This document shows, piece by piece, positions 45,722-56,070 of a stretch of DNA of 64,000 nucleotides (positions are counted from its first letter, which is position 1; each line of letters begins with the position of its first letter). The notes beneath the pieces are model-generated. The model saw only the letters and a list, made by a program, of their open reading frames with translations, made no database searches and was not told the DNA's origin. A program made the translations under genes and the position numbers. The stretch is from Candidatus Lustribacter sp. (GTDB lineage: Bacteria > Vulcanimicrobiota > Vulcanimicrobiia > Vulcanimicrobiales > Vulcanimicrobiaceae): contig OZ255842.1 in NCBI GenBank assembly GCA_965277805.1, positions 1,792,001 to 1,856,000 of the forward strand. Direction: 5' to 3'.

Positions 45722-47773
45722 CTAGTGTCCGATCGCGGCGATTTGGCCTTGCAGTGCCTGCAGCTCGGCGATTTGCGATTCACTCGCCGTGAACTGCGCG
45801 CGCAACTGATCGGCCTGCTGCGTCGCTTCGTTGTTGATCAGCGTGATTTGCTGCTGCAACGAATCGATCTGCTGGTTGTTGGTATCGGTCAAACTCGTCA
45901 GCAACACGCTGGCGAGATTGTCCGGCGTTACGACGCTGTTGGAAAGAAACGTTGCCAAACCATCGACGTTGGCGAGTGCGGAGCCGAACAGGTACGCGAA
46001 CCCGTAGGCCGCACCGGCGACCGGTTGCGCTCCGGCTTTGTTGCTCGTGAGCTGCGGGGCGAGCGTGAACAAACTTTGGACGGCGGTGGGATTCGCCGAG
46101 TAGGCTGCCTCGAACGCCGTGGTATCGAGGGCCGCAAGCTTTCCGCTCGTCGAATTGACGGTGAAGCTCGTGTCGTTGGTCGAGCTGCTGCTCGAGCTGG
46201 TGTCGTCATCACTCGTCGTACCGACCGACTGCTGTGCTGTGTCGAGCGTGATGCCCACGCTTTGCAGAGAGTTGTACGCGGTCGACCCCGACGGGATGAA
46301 GCCGCTGACGAGGTTCACGAGGTTGTCGCGCAGTTCGGAGACTTGATAGTTGTTGTACAGCACGCCGCCGCCGGTGCTTTGCGAGGACGACGTCCCGGTC
46401 GTGGCATCCGTACCGGCGGAAACGGTCGGCGCCGCGGTGTCGGTGTTCAACTCCGTGATCGCGGCGTTGTACGCCTTGATGAACGTGTTGATCGCAGCTT
46501 CGGCTTTGGTCGGGTCGGCGGCAACGGTGACCGTGTAGAACGTCGAGCTCGCCGAGCCGCCGGAGTTCGTTACCTTGAGGTCGATGCCCGGGATGGCATT
46601 CGTGAAATCGTTGGTCGCGCTGTAGACCGTGTGCTGTCCCGACTGATCGGTGTACGTCAAGCTGGCTTGGGTACCGGCCGAGGTCGTGCCGGTCTTGAGA
46701 CCCGCAGCGGTGAGGAAGTTACTCGTGTCGAGCGATGCACCCAGCAAGATGCTCTGCGGACCCGGAGTGTCGCTCACGAGCTCAATCGACGAGGTCTCAG
46801 AGTTATAGCTCGCCGTTACGCCGGCGGCCGAGCTGTTGATCTGCGTGATGAGATCGGCCAGCGTATTTTTGGTCGGGTCGACCGTGAACTGCACGCCGTT
46901 GATCGTGAACGTTCCGGCCGTGACGGCCGTTGCGAAACCGGCATTGTTGTCCTGATTGAGGACCGAGTTTGCGTTGATACCCGCGATGTCCGACGAACTG
47001 GTGATCACGCCGCCGCTGAGTTGCGCCGAATCCAACTTGAGGACCGACTCGAGATTGCCCTGATCGCCGCCGCTGCCGATCGTGGTCACACCGGTCAGCG
47101 TGACCGTTCCGTTCGCGTTCAGCGTGGCGGTGCCGCCGTCGTTCGCTTGGAGCGCGGAGTTGATATTGGCAACGATCGCTTCGATCGACTGCGTGTCGAC
47201 GTTGTAAGCAACGGCGACGCCGTTGATCGTGAACTGTCCTTGAGCGCCGGTTCCGTTGCTCGGAACGATGGCCGTGCCCTGATTCGACAATACGATTTGG
47301 GGCGCCGGGAGCGGCGGTTGGACCAAGGGACCCGGGATGAGCGCCGCGTTCGCGTTCGGGTTGTTGACGATCGTCGTCGAGGTCGCTGCGGTCTGCGCGT
47401 TGATCGTGTAGGTGCCGGCGATCGGCGTTTGGCCTTTGATCTGCGAGGCGCTCGCTGCGGGCGATCCACTCGACGTATTCGAGACGTTAGCCGAGAACGC
47501 GCCGAACACGGTCGGATCGGACAACGCGGTCAGCGAGTCTTGCACCGAACCGATGAGGTTCGTGATCTTCAGCAACGCGGTGTTTTGCGCGTTCAGGTTG
47601 GTGATTTGCGTCTTGACGGGCTGCTCTTGGAGCAGCGTGTCAGCGGTGTACTTCTCGATGATCGAATTGTAATCGATACCCGACGAGACGCCGGGGAAGC
47701 TCACCGGCGGGGCGTTGCCTAACGTCCCCGACGTTGCAGAGGTACCTGATGAGACACCGGAGGTTGAGGACAC
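45722..47773 (-). CDS. fliD: Flagellar filament cap protein
   Basis: G.SSGIDYNSII, IPGI.L, I..FI.AYN, L.SVGI and LRAQFTA.E motifs; located between flaG and fliS. Confidence 0.92.
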   Translation of the reverse strand: MSSTSGVSSGTSATSGTLGNAPPVSFPGVSSGIDYNSIIEKYTADTLLQEQPVKTQITNLNAQNTALLKITNLIGSVQDSLTALSDPTVFGAFSANVSNTSSGSPAASASQIKGQTPIAGTYTINAQTAATSTTIVNNPNANAALIPGPLVQPPLPAPQIVLSNQGTAIVPSNGTGAQGQFTINGVAVAYNVDTQSIEAIVANINSALQANDGGTATLNANGTVTLTGVTTIGSGGDQGNLESVLKLDSAQLSGGVITSSSDIAGINANSVLNQDNNAGFATAVTAGTFTINGVQFTVDPTKNTLADLITQINSSAAGVTASYNSETSSIELVSDTPGPQSILLGASLDTSNFLTAAGLKTGTTSAGTQASLTYTDQSGQHTVYSATNDFTNAIPGIDLKVTNSGGSASSTFYTVTVAADPTKAEAAINTFIKAYNAAITELNTDTAAPTVSAGTDATTGTSSSQSTGGGVLYNNYQVSELRDNLVNLVSGFIPSGSTAYNSLQSVGITLDTAQQSVGTTSDDDTSSSSSSTNDTSFTVNSTSGKLAALDTTAFEAAYSANPTAVQSLFTLAPQLTSNKAGAQPVAGAAYGFAYLFGSALANVDGLATFLSNSVVTPDNLASVLLTSLTDTNNQQIDSLQQQITLINNEATQQADQLRAQFTASESQIAELQALQGQIAAIGH

Positions 47774-47775
47774 GA

Positions 47776-48228
47776 TTAAACCTTCTTGTTGACGACGCTG
47801 CCGTCAAGATGATCGAAGTATTTTGCGAGAGCGATCATTGTTTCGCTCGGGAACTGAACGATTACCTTACCGGTACTCTTATCAGTGAACACCGTCACGA
47901 TCTCGTTGGGATCGGTTTCAACTTGGAACGACACCGATACGTTCTGTTCTTGCGCGTTGAACAGCACCGCGACGCCTTTGGCCAGCGACGGATCGGTGCC
48001 GTCCTTCGAATTCTTCGAAGTCGCGGGAAGTGTTGCCAAACCGGGCGTCGGCCCGATCGAAATTCCGACGCCGCCGCTGTTGGACTGGCTGTCGGATTTC
48101 GCTGCGGGAGCTACGCTCGGCGTCGAAGCTGCTGGCACCGCCGGCGCGGGTGCCGATGCGGGGGCCGGGGTGGCGGCGGGCGCGACCGGCCAAATCTGTG
48201 TGCTTGCGACAGCGCTCTGAACGTCCAT
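47776..48228 (-). CDS. flaG: FlaG-family protein
   Basis: C-terminal V...DKSTGKVIVQFPSE...G.V..KV; upstream of fliD. Confidence 0.85.
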   Translation of the reverse strand: MDVQSAVASTQIWPVAPAATPAPASAPAPAVPAASTPSVAPAAKSDSQSNSGGVGISIGPTPGLATLPATSKNSKDGTDPSLAKGVAVLFNAQEQNVSVSFQVETDPNEIVTVFTDKSTGKVIVQFPSETMIALAKYFDHLDGSVVNKKV

Positions 48229-48250
48229 GTTCGGAACCTCCTATGATCAG

Positions 48251-48277
48251 ATATCGGCGGTAAAGACCCTGACTTTA
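48251..48277 (-). promoter_or_regulatory. Sigma-28 promoter of flaG-fliD-fliS
   Basis: TAAA-N15-GCCGATAT, consensus match, followed by an AGGAGG SD. Confidence 0.88.
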
Positions 48278-50245
48278 GACTGCCTGCACGATCTTAGCAT
48301 AGCAAGCGATGATCGCTGCAGCCGCCGAACCCAGGCGCTCGCGGGCGAATTCGCCGACGGTTGAGATGCCCGGATCGGCGCGAACGGAGGCTTCCCACGC
48401 GCCGCCGAGCCCGCGCATCGTGCTCGCCTTGTCAGCAGGATCGACCGTCCAGAAGTGGCCCGCCGGCAGGTCGACCCAGCGGGTGTTCGAGCAGACCACT
48501 GCCGCGCCGTAAGCCGCCGCCGTGAGCAGCCGGCCGTGACCGCGCGTGGTCCAGGCCGCGTCGGCGACGACCGACGCCGTCCGGTAGAGCGAGGCGAGCA
48601 GCTCGGCCGGGGGCTCGCTGATCAGCGTGACCCGCGCCGGCGCGAACTCCCGCAGCCGCTCGGCGTAGACGGGGTCGGCCACGGGGCCGGCAAAGACCAG
48701 CGGGAATCCGGCCTCACCCGCCGCGCGAGCGAGGACGAGCTGATTTGCTTCGGGCCAAATCGGGGCGTGAACGAGGATGAACGGGTCGCTACCGGTCAGC
48801 GCGCCGACCGGCACGGAAGCCCCGGAGGCCGTCGGCAGAGGCGGGACGATGAACGTGGGCCGGCGCGGGCGGAGCGCTTCCACGACGGCCAATTCGGCCG
48901 CGGAATTCACCATGACGACGTCGGCCATGGCGAGCACGCGCTCGGAGTCGGCCAGTCCGGCGATGGCCGGAGCGTAGGGCTCGCCCGCGCCGATTCCGTC
49001 GACTTCCACCGCCCGCCGCGCCAGCATGTCGAGATAGGCGCTCACGCTGCGGTCATCGGCCGAGTAGCCGAAGCAATAGGGTGCCGTGATCGCGCCCCAG
49101 TAGCCGCCGGCCTGCGGTGATTCGTGGAAGGCGTGCACGACGAGGGGACGGCGCGCGTCGCTCGCCCATTGTGCGACGTGGCGCGCATAGCCGCCCGGGC
49201 GGACGCCGAAGAGATGCACGAGCTCGGGGCCGAATGCGGCGAGCCCCGCGATGTTGCTGACGACCTCGACCGCGAAGCCCTCGCGGCGCAGCGCTTGCGC
49301 CAGCGCGCCGGCCTCCTCGGTGTCGGAATCGGGCGCTTGGGCGGCGTCGGGCCGCACGGCGATCGCGATTCGCCCGGCCGAACGGCCGACCGGCGCTCCG
49401 GGGTCGACGTCGGGCAGCAGCCGCTCGAACGGCTCCCGCGTCCCGCTTACGCGGAACTCCGCCGCCGCCGCTCTGCCGCCAAGGTCGAACGCCAGCATCA
49501 CATCGGCCGGCAGCGGATCCGCGATGCCCACGCGCATACCCGGCGCACTTTCATCGGTGCGAACGACCCGGCCGGCCGCGACGGGCGCCGGCCCATCGCC
49601 GACCGCGACATCGAACGACGCAAGCGCCGCCGGCTCGGCGAAATCACCATACCACGCGCGCGCATCAGCATCGGCGCCGGCGGACGGTACCACGAGCGTC
49701 TCGGCGATGTCGCCCAGAAACGCGGCGCACTCGATGGCTTGGGAACCGTAGGCGATCGCGTTTTTCTTGAACGCGAAGCGCCGCGCGTACACCGCCGCGG
49801 CAACGCGCGGCAGCGCCGTCGAAAGCGGCGCGGCACCGAAGAAGCCGCGGCTACGTGCCCGCTCGAACACCGCGGTGTCGCCGTAGCGAAAGACGTCTTC
49901 ACGCCAAAATCCGCCGCTGAGCGCACGTCGCTCGAGGTCGGGAAAGACGCGTTCCACGATGGCGCCGGCGTGCGCGTCGCTGAGCACGCCCAGAACGGCC
50001 TGCGGGAAGACCAGCGGATCCGTCTCGCGCAGTTCGAGTTGCGCGAGATCCACGTACACCATCGGGATCGTAACGCAGCGGTCACCGCTGCAAAAATGCA
50101 AATCGGCCAACACGGCGGGTTCGCGGCCGCGTGTAACCGGTTCGACGCGGAGCGCGGCGAGATGCTCGACGCGCGCGAGCTCGCGCAACACGTCGGTGCG
50201 CCACGCCCACGGCTGCAAGGCCGGGAAAACGCGATGCAGCCTCAT
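48275..50245 (-). CDS. Multidomain protein with C-terminal GT-B (GT4-like) region
   Basis: C-terminal ADVVMVNS.AE, P..NQL.L.RA, LVFAG and AAAYGA.VVCS resemble divergent GT4. N-terminal domain is shared with 20796-21194. Confidence 0.65.
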   Translation of the reverse strand: MRLHRVFPALQPWAWRTDVLRELARVEHLAALRVEPVTRGREPAVLADLHFCSGDRCVTIPMVYVDLAQLELRETDPLVFPQAVLGVLSDAHAGAIVERVFPDLERRALSGGFWREDVFRYGDTAVFERARSRGFFGAAPLSTALPRVAAAVYARRFAFKKNAIAYGSQAIECAAFLGDIAETLVVPSAGADADARAWYGDFAEPAALASFDVAVGDGPAPVAAGRVVRTDESAPGMRVGIADPLPADVMLAFDLGGRAAAAEFRVSGTREPFERLLPDVDPGAPVGRSAGRIAIAVRPDAAQAPDSDTEEAGALAQALRREGFAVEVVSNIAGLAAFGPELVHLFGVRPGGYARHVAQWASDARRPLVVHAFHESPQAGGYWGAITAPYCFGYSADDRSVSAYLDMLARRAVEVDGIGAGEPYAPAIAGLADSERVLAMADVVMVNSAAELAVVEALRPRRPTFIVPPLPTASGASVPVGALTGSDPFILVHAPIWPEANQLVLARAAGEAGFPLVFAGPVADPVYAERLREFAPARVTLISEPPAELLASLYRTASVVADAAWTTRGHGRLLTAAAYGAAVVCSNTRWVDLPAGHFWTVDPADKASTMRGLGGAWEASVRADPGISTVGEFARERLGSAAAAIIACYAKIVQAV

Positions 50246-52563
50246 GCGGTCGGCACCTCAAGCAGCGCTTGAACGGCGCGGGCATCGCCGACCGCGGAGA
50301 TCTCGGCGAGTTCGTCGCGCGCGGATAACGCAAACCGCACGTTGTTGGCATCCGCGTCGCGCCAGGCGGACAGATCTCCGACGATGTCGATATCGACCGT
50401 CAGCGTCTCTTCCATCGGCACGTTCGATGCCAACAGCAACTCACGCAGCACGCCGAGCACGTCGTGCACGCCGAGTTCGCCGTCGAGTCCGATCGCGATG
50501 CGCACGGGATCGTTCGCGCGGAATGCGGCCGCTAGTTCGACCACAAACGCTCGCGCCTGCGACCATTCCGCAACGTCGCGCAGCGGCAGCAGCACGCGCA
50601 CGCCGCGCGGCTGATCCACCGGCGCGCTCGCCGCTTCCGTGCGCAACGGCACGCGATCGGTGGCCGGATCGAAGCCGCGCGGAACCGACCAGCGGCGTTC
50701 GTAGGCCGCGCGCAAAAACGGCGCGTCGTCGAGCGCGCCGACGAGCGATACGGCGTCGGCGGGCGCAAACAGATGTGCGTAGGCATCCTCACAACAAGCG
50801 ACGAGAAAATTCGCCGCGCGCACGCGCCGGGTGAAGTCCTCAACGCCGAAGCGCGAAAAGCCGAACGTCTCGTCAAAACCGCCGACGAGCTCGAGCGCTT
50901 CACGGCTCACAACCATCACGGGCGATGTCGCGACTTCCAACAGCGTCGCCTCGCGCGCGAACGCCTCGGCCCGGCGCTCGTAGAGCGTCTGCATCTCGGC
51001 CACACTCCGGTAACCCAAATCCGGCAGCGACTCGGGCCGGTCGGCACCGCCCAGCCGCGGAACCGCAACGCCTAAGCGCGGTAAACGCCGGAACGCATCC
51101 ATCAGCCGCGCCAGCACGCCGTGCGGAAGCTGTGCGTCATCGCGCACGATCGCGACCCCGCCGGCGGTCGTGCTGCCGAGCGCGCGGTTCAAACCCGCCG
51201 CAAGCTGGACGTCGAAATCGTCGGGCACGAGACGCACCCACGGGTGCACTTTGAACTGGCGCTCGGTCGTCGCCGCTCCGGCGGCGTAGACGGCAAAGGT
51301 CGCGCCGTCATAGGTTTCGCCGAGCAAGGCGCGCAGGGTTTGCTCGGTCGCGGCGGGTTTCGACGCGGCCACGAACACGACGTCCAACTGCTGTAAGGTT
51401 CGCACCGGCGGCAGCACCGCCGGTACGATCTCGCCTGCCGCGCCCGCGGCAAACAAGCGCCGCTCGGGCAAACGTTCGATTGCATTTTGGACGACATCCC
51501 ACGCGCCGGCGCCGGCGGCCGAACCGGCGTCCACGATGCGCCCGGCGTGAAAGAGTACCGCGCCGTACGGCGCCGCGGTCCCTTGTAACGCGACCCCGAA
51601 ACGCGCACTTCGCTCGAGCCGTTCAGCCAACGTTTCCACATCGAACCGGCTGGGCAACGCGTTGGCATCGGCAACCAGCACGTACCGGTCGCCGGTACGG
51701 GCAAGAACGCTGCGCACGGCATCGCCGTCGCCCGGTCCGCACACCGTACTGTTCCCGTTGACGGCTAGCAGCGCGCCTTCACGGCGCGCGCGATTGCGGC
51801 CGAGTTCGTCGCCCGCCACGATCAGCGCGTCGATCGGCGGATACGGCGTGCGCGCATAACCGCGAATGTTCCCCATGACGCGCACTTCGCGCATGACGAA
51901 GGCCGAACGCAAGCGCGCCGGATCGCGATGCAGCGTTTCGGATTCCCAAGCGGCGAGGCCGGCAAAACGGCGCAGGTTTCCTAAGGCTCGACGGAGTTGC
52001 GCGGAATCCTCGTCCGCTTCGAACGAGAGCGAGGGTTCGCAGAGCACGTCACGTCCGGCGCGCCGGGCATGAACGGCGAGATCAAGATGCAGCGTCACCG
52101 GATCCAGCGCAATGCCCTCGAGCGAGCGCACGAATTCGGCCGAGACAAAGTAGGCGCCGCGCTGCGGAACGTCGACCGGACCGCGGACGGCTTCGGCGAA
52201 TTGGCGGTCGGCCCGGGCGGCGATCAGCGAAACGAGATCGAAGGGATTGGGGCCCGAGCGCGATGGTGCGAGCATCGCGCCGAAACGTTGGCCGGCGCCC
52301 ACGAAGGCGCGGCCGCCGACGATCGCGGGGCCGGCTGCCATAACTCGAGCGAGCGCGCCGAATGCCTCGGGAGCGAACTTGACGTCGGCGTCGACGATCG
52401 CGATCCAATCCGTCGCGGCGCCGGCGGCGAGTTGCTGCAGACGCTCGGATCGCGTAGCGATCGGGGCTTCCTCGATCGTTGCCGGCAGGCGTTCGAGCGC
52501 GCGCACGAGCGTTTCGCGCACCACGAGATCGGATGGCGGCAATGTGAGAACGACCGTACGCAC
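50242..52563 (-). CDS. Divergent multidomain GT2-like protein (distant paralog of 21191-23158 and 29032-31152)
   Basis: GGFDETFGFSRFGVEDFTRRVRAA and RGFDPATDRVPL align with the paralog C-termini. Confidence 0.7.
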   Translation of the reverse strand: MRTVVLTLPPSDLVVRETLVRALERLPATIEEAPIATRSERLQQLAAGAATDWIAIVDADVKFAPEAFGALARVMAAGPAIVGGRAFVGAGQRFGAMLAPSRSGPNPFDLVSLIAARADRQFAEAVRGPVDVPQRGAYFVSAEFVRSLEGIALDPVTLHLDLAVHARRAGRDVLCEPSLSFEADEDSAQLRRALGNLRRFAGLAAWESETLHRDPARLRSAFVMREVRVMGNIRGYARTPYPPIDALIVAGDELGRNRARREGALLAVNGNSTVCGPGDGDAVRSVLARTGDRYVLVADANALPSRFDVETLAERLERSARFGVALQGTAAPYGAVLFHAGRIVDAGSAAGAGAWDVVQNAIERLPERRLFAAGAAGEIVPAVLPPVRTLQQLDVVFVAASKPAATEQTLRALLGETYDGATFAVYAAGAATTERQFKVHPWVRLVPDDFDVQLAAGLNRALGSTTAGGVAIVRDDAQLPHGVLARLMDAFRRLPRLGVAVPRLGGADRPESLPDLGYRSVAEMQTLYERRAEAFAREATLLEVATSPVMVVSREALELVGGFDETFGFSRFGVEDFTRRVRAANFLVACCEDAYAHLFAPADAVSLVGALDDAPFLRAAYERRWSVPRGFDPATDRVPLRTEAASAPVDQPRGVRVLLPLRDVAEWSQARAFVVELAAAFRANDPVRIAIGLDGELGVHDVLGVLRELLLASNVPMEETLTVDIDIVGDLSAWRDADANNVRFALSARDELAEISAVGDARAVQALLEVPTA

Positions 52564-52567
52564 GGCC

Positions 52568-54631
52568 TTACGCTAGACTTGCAGCAGCAACTCGGCCCGC
52601 ACCGGCGATGTCTCCGTCCTGCAACAGCATGCCGGCGAGTTCGAGCGCGACCCGGGCGTCGGTGCCGACGCGCGCTTCGAGCAGTTCCCGCGCTTGCGGC
52701 CGCGCGCCGCCCTCGGTCAACATCTGCGCGCTTCCGAGCAGAGCTTCCACGTCGTCCGAACGCACGTCGACGAAACGCTCGAGCGCCCGCAATGCAGCCG
52801 CCGCATCACCGTTCTTGAGTGAGATGGCAGCGCGCAAACGCAACGCTTCGGCGTACACGTCGGGTGCCGAGGATTCGACCCGCGAAAAGTCTTGCACGGC
52901 GCGCGCTTCGTCGCCCAGGTTCAATGACGCGATCGCAGAGTTGAAGCGCAGTTCGGCGTTCTTGGGCTCGATTTGAAGTCCGGCTTCGGCGGCGGTGCGC
53001 GCTTCTTCGTTCCGTTTGAGGGCGAGCAATCGCGCCGAGCGGCGGGTGTAGTCTTCCGCCCGCACGCACGGGGCCCGCAGTTCTTCGGTGTGTAATTTGA
53101 GGAGGCCCGAAATGTCGCCGCGCTCGGTGAGAACGCGTTCCGCGAGCGAAATTGCAAAACCGTTGCCCGGCGATAACTTGAGCGCCGACTCGAGATACGG
53201 CATCGGGTCGCCGCGGTTGGAATCGATGAGGGCCCGCGCAGCCGCGACATTGAGGCGCGCGACGAGCGCGGGATTGACGGTCGACGTATCGACCAAATGC
53301 TCGATCAGCTCGATCGCTTCGGGGAAGCGGCTGCGTCGCAGCAGGAAGTTGACGTGTTCGAGAAATCCGCGCTGGGTATCGGCTTCGGCGAGTTGCCGGA
53401 AGGCAACCTCGGCTTCGTAAAAATTGCCCATGCGCTCGAGCAATACCGCGCGCGCATGCAACAGCGGATACGCCTGCGGCTTGTTGGACAAAGCCAGGTT
53501 GATGTTTTCGAGTGCCTTGTCGAACCGCTGCTCGCGCTCGTACGACCCCGCGGTCGCGTAGTAGATCTTCCACTCGAAAATCTCTTCGTCGGTCATGACG
53601 CTGTAGGCCATGCGCTCGCGCAGGTCCATGGCTTGCTCGAACAGTTCGCGCGCTTCTTCGAGACGATCGAGCTTGATCAGAACCTGGCCCTTGACGAAGA
53701 TCAAGCCGGCATCGTTGGGGAATTTCTCGATGCCCTTGTCGGCGATCTCGAGCGCTTTCTCGTTTTCGCCCTTGGACTCGCAATAGGCCTGACACAGCAT
53801 CAGGTAGGCAAGCGGGAAATACAGCTTCGCTTCCTTCGCGGTCGCGAGCATCCGCTCGAGCACTTCGATGCCGAGATCGATGTCGCCCGAACAGATCGCC
53901 GAGTTGCCGAAGTTGAAGAGCGAAAACGAGTCGTCGCCGTTCTCTTCGTAGGCGCGCGACACGAGCGGCTGGTTGCGGCTGTCCTTGTCGCGCCCGATGA
54001 GCATCTCGTGCGTGTAACCCTTGTGCAGGATCGTGATCGGCGACAGAACGGCCGAGGTCGGTTCGCCGTCGTGGGAGCCGATCGTCTCGTGGATCACGCC
54101 CTTATAGCGCAGACCCTGACCGGTCGGGAAGATGCGAATCAGACGATGCGACATCGTGCCCATGCCCGCAGCATCGCTGATCAGGTTGACGATGTTGATG
54201 TACACCGAGGTGTCGGTCGCCGGCGTCGTGCGCAACGAGTTCACAAGGTTGCGGGATTCGCGTTCGAGTTCTTCATCCGCGTCGAGGATCAGCGTCCAGC
54301 GGCGCGTAGCCATCTGGATCGCTTCGTTGCGGGCCCAAGCGAAATCGTTGCGCCACTCGCGGAAATCCACGTTCGCGCCGTAGGAGCGCGCGATCTCAAC
54401 GGTGCGGTCGGTCGAGCCCGTGTCGATGATGTTGATCTCGTCGACCACGCCTTTGACGCTCTCCAGGCATTCCGCTAGGAAGCGCTCTTCGTTCTTGACG
54501 ATCATGCACAGGCTGATGCCTTCGGGCAACTGCTGGTCGTCCGGGCCCGGAGCCGGCAAGTTGAACAATAAGCCCGTTTGTAAGAGCGCGAAGACCGAAT
54601 GTTCGTGCGCGTCGTTGATATGGATAGGCAT
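52568..54631 (-). CDS. GT2-TPR glycosyltransferase, candidate flagellin glycosyltransferase
   Basis: ISLCMIVKNEE, DTGSTDRT, WRNDFAWARN, LDADE and IHE, followed by TPR-like helices; directly downstream of fliC. Confidence 0.88.
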   Translation of the reverse strand: MPIHINDAHEHSVFALLQTGLLFNLPAPGPDDQQLPEGISLCMIVKNEERFLAECLESVKGVVDEINIIDTGSTDRTVEIARSYGANVDFREWRNDFAWARNEAIQMATRRWTLILDADEELERESRNLVNSLRTTPATDTSVYINIVNLISDAAGMGTMSHRLIRIFPTGQGLRYKGVIHETIGSHDGEPTSAVLSPITILHKGYTHEMLIGRDKDSRNQPLVSRAYEENGDDSFSLFNFGNSAICSGDIDLGIEVLERMLATAKEAKLYFPLAYLMLCQAYCESKGENEKALEIADKGIEKFPNDAGLIFVKGQVLIKLDRLEEARELFEQAMDLRERMAYSVMTDEEIFEWKIYYATAGSYEREQRFDKALENINLALSNKPQAYPLLHARAVLLERMGNFYEAEVAFRQLAEADTQRGFLEHVNFLLRRSRFPEAIELIEHLVDTSTVNPALVARLNVAAARALIDSNRGDPMPYLESALKLSPGNGFAISLAERVLTERGDISGLLKLHTEELRAPCVRAEDYTRRSARLLALKRNEEARTAAEAGLQIEPKNAELRFNSAIASLNLGDEARAVQDFSRVESSAPDVYAEALRLRAAISLKNGDAAAALRALERFVDVRSDDVEALLGSAQMLTEGGARPQARELLEARVGTDARVALELAGMLLQDGDIAGAGRVAAASLA

Positions 54632-54651
54632 GCGGAACCCCTTTTAGTTCG

Positions 54652-54678
54652 TTTTCGGCCGAAACGCGTTTGACCTTA
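54652..54678 (-). promoter_or_regulatory. Sigma-28-type promoter of the GT2-TPR operon
   Basis: TAAG-N15-GCCGAAAA, located just after the fliC terminator. Confidence 0.72.
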
Positions 54679-54705
54679 GACGCCTGCTTACGCTGAGGGC
54701 AACAC

Positions 54706-54734
54706 AAAAGGGGGCCCGCCGAAGCGGACCCCCC
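54706..54734 (-). terminator. Intrinsic terminator after fliC
   Basis: GGGGGUCCGC-UUCG-GCGGGCCCCC followed by UUUU. Confidence 0.88.
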
Positions 54735-54756
54735 GTTGCCAGCGCTAGTGCGTTGG

Positions 54757-56013
54757 TTAGCGGAACAGGCCGAGGACCGTCTGCGCGTTGGTGTTCGATT
54801 GCGCGAGCACCGTCGTACCGATTTGGACCAGGATCTGCAGCTTGTTGTAATCGGCAGTCGCTTGGCCGACGTTGAGGTCCGTAATGTCGGACGCCGACGC
54901 CGTCAGGTTGACCGACGCGATGTTGTTGTTGTTTTCCGCGTTCTGCAGACGGCTGATGACGGCACCGAGAGCGGCGCGTGCACCGTTGACCTGCGTGATC
55001 GCTTGGTCGATCTGACCAATAGCGTCTTGTGCACCAAGAACGGCACCGGCCGTGCTCGGGTTGCCGTTGACGAGTTGCACGGTCGCAACGTTGACGTTGG
55101 ACACGCGCAGCGACGACGAGCTGACCGACACGAGGCCGACCTGGATCGTCGCGCCTTCATCAGCGCCGCCTTGGAATTGGAACGCCGGGCCGTTCGGGTT
55201 CGAGTTGACCGAGATGTACTGCGTGACTTTGACGAACGAGGTCGTGCCGACGTCAACCGTTGCTGCCAACGAGTTGAAGTTGACGGTGACGCCGTCGATC
55301 GCGAACGAGAATTTGCCCGCGCCGAGGGTGATCGTCGCAGCTTGCGAGTACGAGGCCGTGGCCGACGAGAAGAAGCTGACGACGATACCCTGCTGGGTCG
55401 CGTTGAGCTGTGCGACTTGCAGCTGGATCGTGCCGTCAACGATCTTGTTCGAGGTTGCCGAGATCGAGACGCTGGTGATGAGCGCCGAGGTCTGCAGCGT
55501 GGCGTTGTACGCACCGATTTGCGTGTTCGCCGTGATGACGGCGGCCGCGTTGGTGGCCGGCTGGAAGCCGGCGTGCGTGCCGTCGAGCAGTGCTTGACCG
55601 TTGAAGTTCGTGTTCGAAGAAATCTGGTTGATTTCTTGGATCAGCGACGTGACTTCGTCTTGCAGAGCTGAACGGTCGGTCGGTGACGTGATGGTGTTTG
55701 CCGCTTCGATTGCCAGCGAGCGAACGCGCTGAAGAATCGTCGTGACAGTCGAGAGCGCGCCGTCCGCGACGTTCGCCGCGTTCGTCGCATCCTGGACGTT
55801 CAGGTTCGCCGTGTCGAAACCGGCGGCTTGGTTCTGCAGGTTGACCGCGATGGCCAGACCTGACGGATCGTCGGCGGCGGTGTTGACGCGCAGACCCGAC
55901 GAGAGTTGGTTGACGAGCTTACCGAGTTGCCCTTGGTTCCGGTTAAGGTTGAGCAGCGCTTGGTTCGCAAGTTGGTTCGTGGCAACTGAAATGCCACCAA
56001 CGGTATTAGGCAT
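54757..56013 (-). CDS. fliC: Flagellin
   Basis: LSSGLRVNTAADDPSGLAIA, ILQRVR.LA, TNFNG..LLDG, RAALGA..SRL and VLAQSN....VLGL motifs. Confidence 0.96.
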   Translation of the reverse strand: MPNTVGGISVATNQLANQALLNLNRNQGQLGKLVNQLSSGLRVNTAADDPSGLAIAVNLQNQAAGFDTANLNVQDATNAANVADGALSTVTTILQRVRSLAIEAANTITSPTDRSALQDEVTSLIQEINQISSNTNFNGQALLDGTHAGFQPATNAAAVITANTQIGAYNATLQTSALITSVSISATSNKIVDGTIQLQVAQLNATQQGIVVSFFSSATASYSQAATITLGAGKFSFAIDGVTVNFNSLAATVDVGTTSFVKVTQYISVNSNPNGPAFQFQGGADEGATIQVGLVSVSSSSLRVSNVNVATVQLVNGNPSTAGAVLGAQDAIGQIDQAITQVNGARAALGAVISRLQNAENNNNIASVNLTASASDITDLNVGQATADYNKLQILVQIGTTVLAQSNTNAQTVLGLFR

Positions 56014-56070
56014 GAAAATCCTCCATGATCACACGCGTGTGAGTATGCGGTGCCTTCCTGACTCCGCTAA

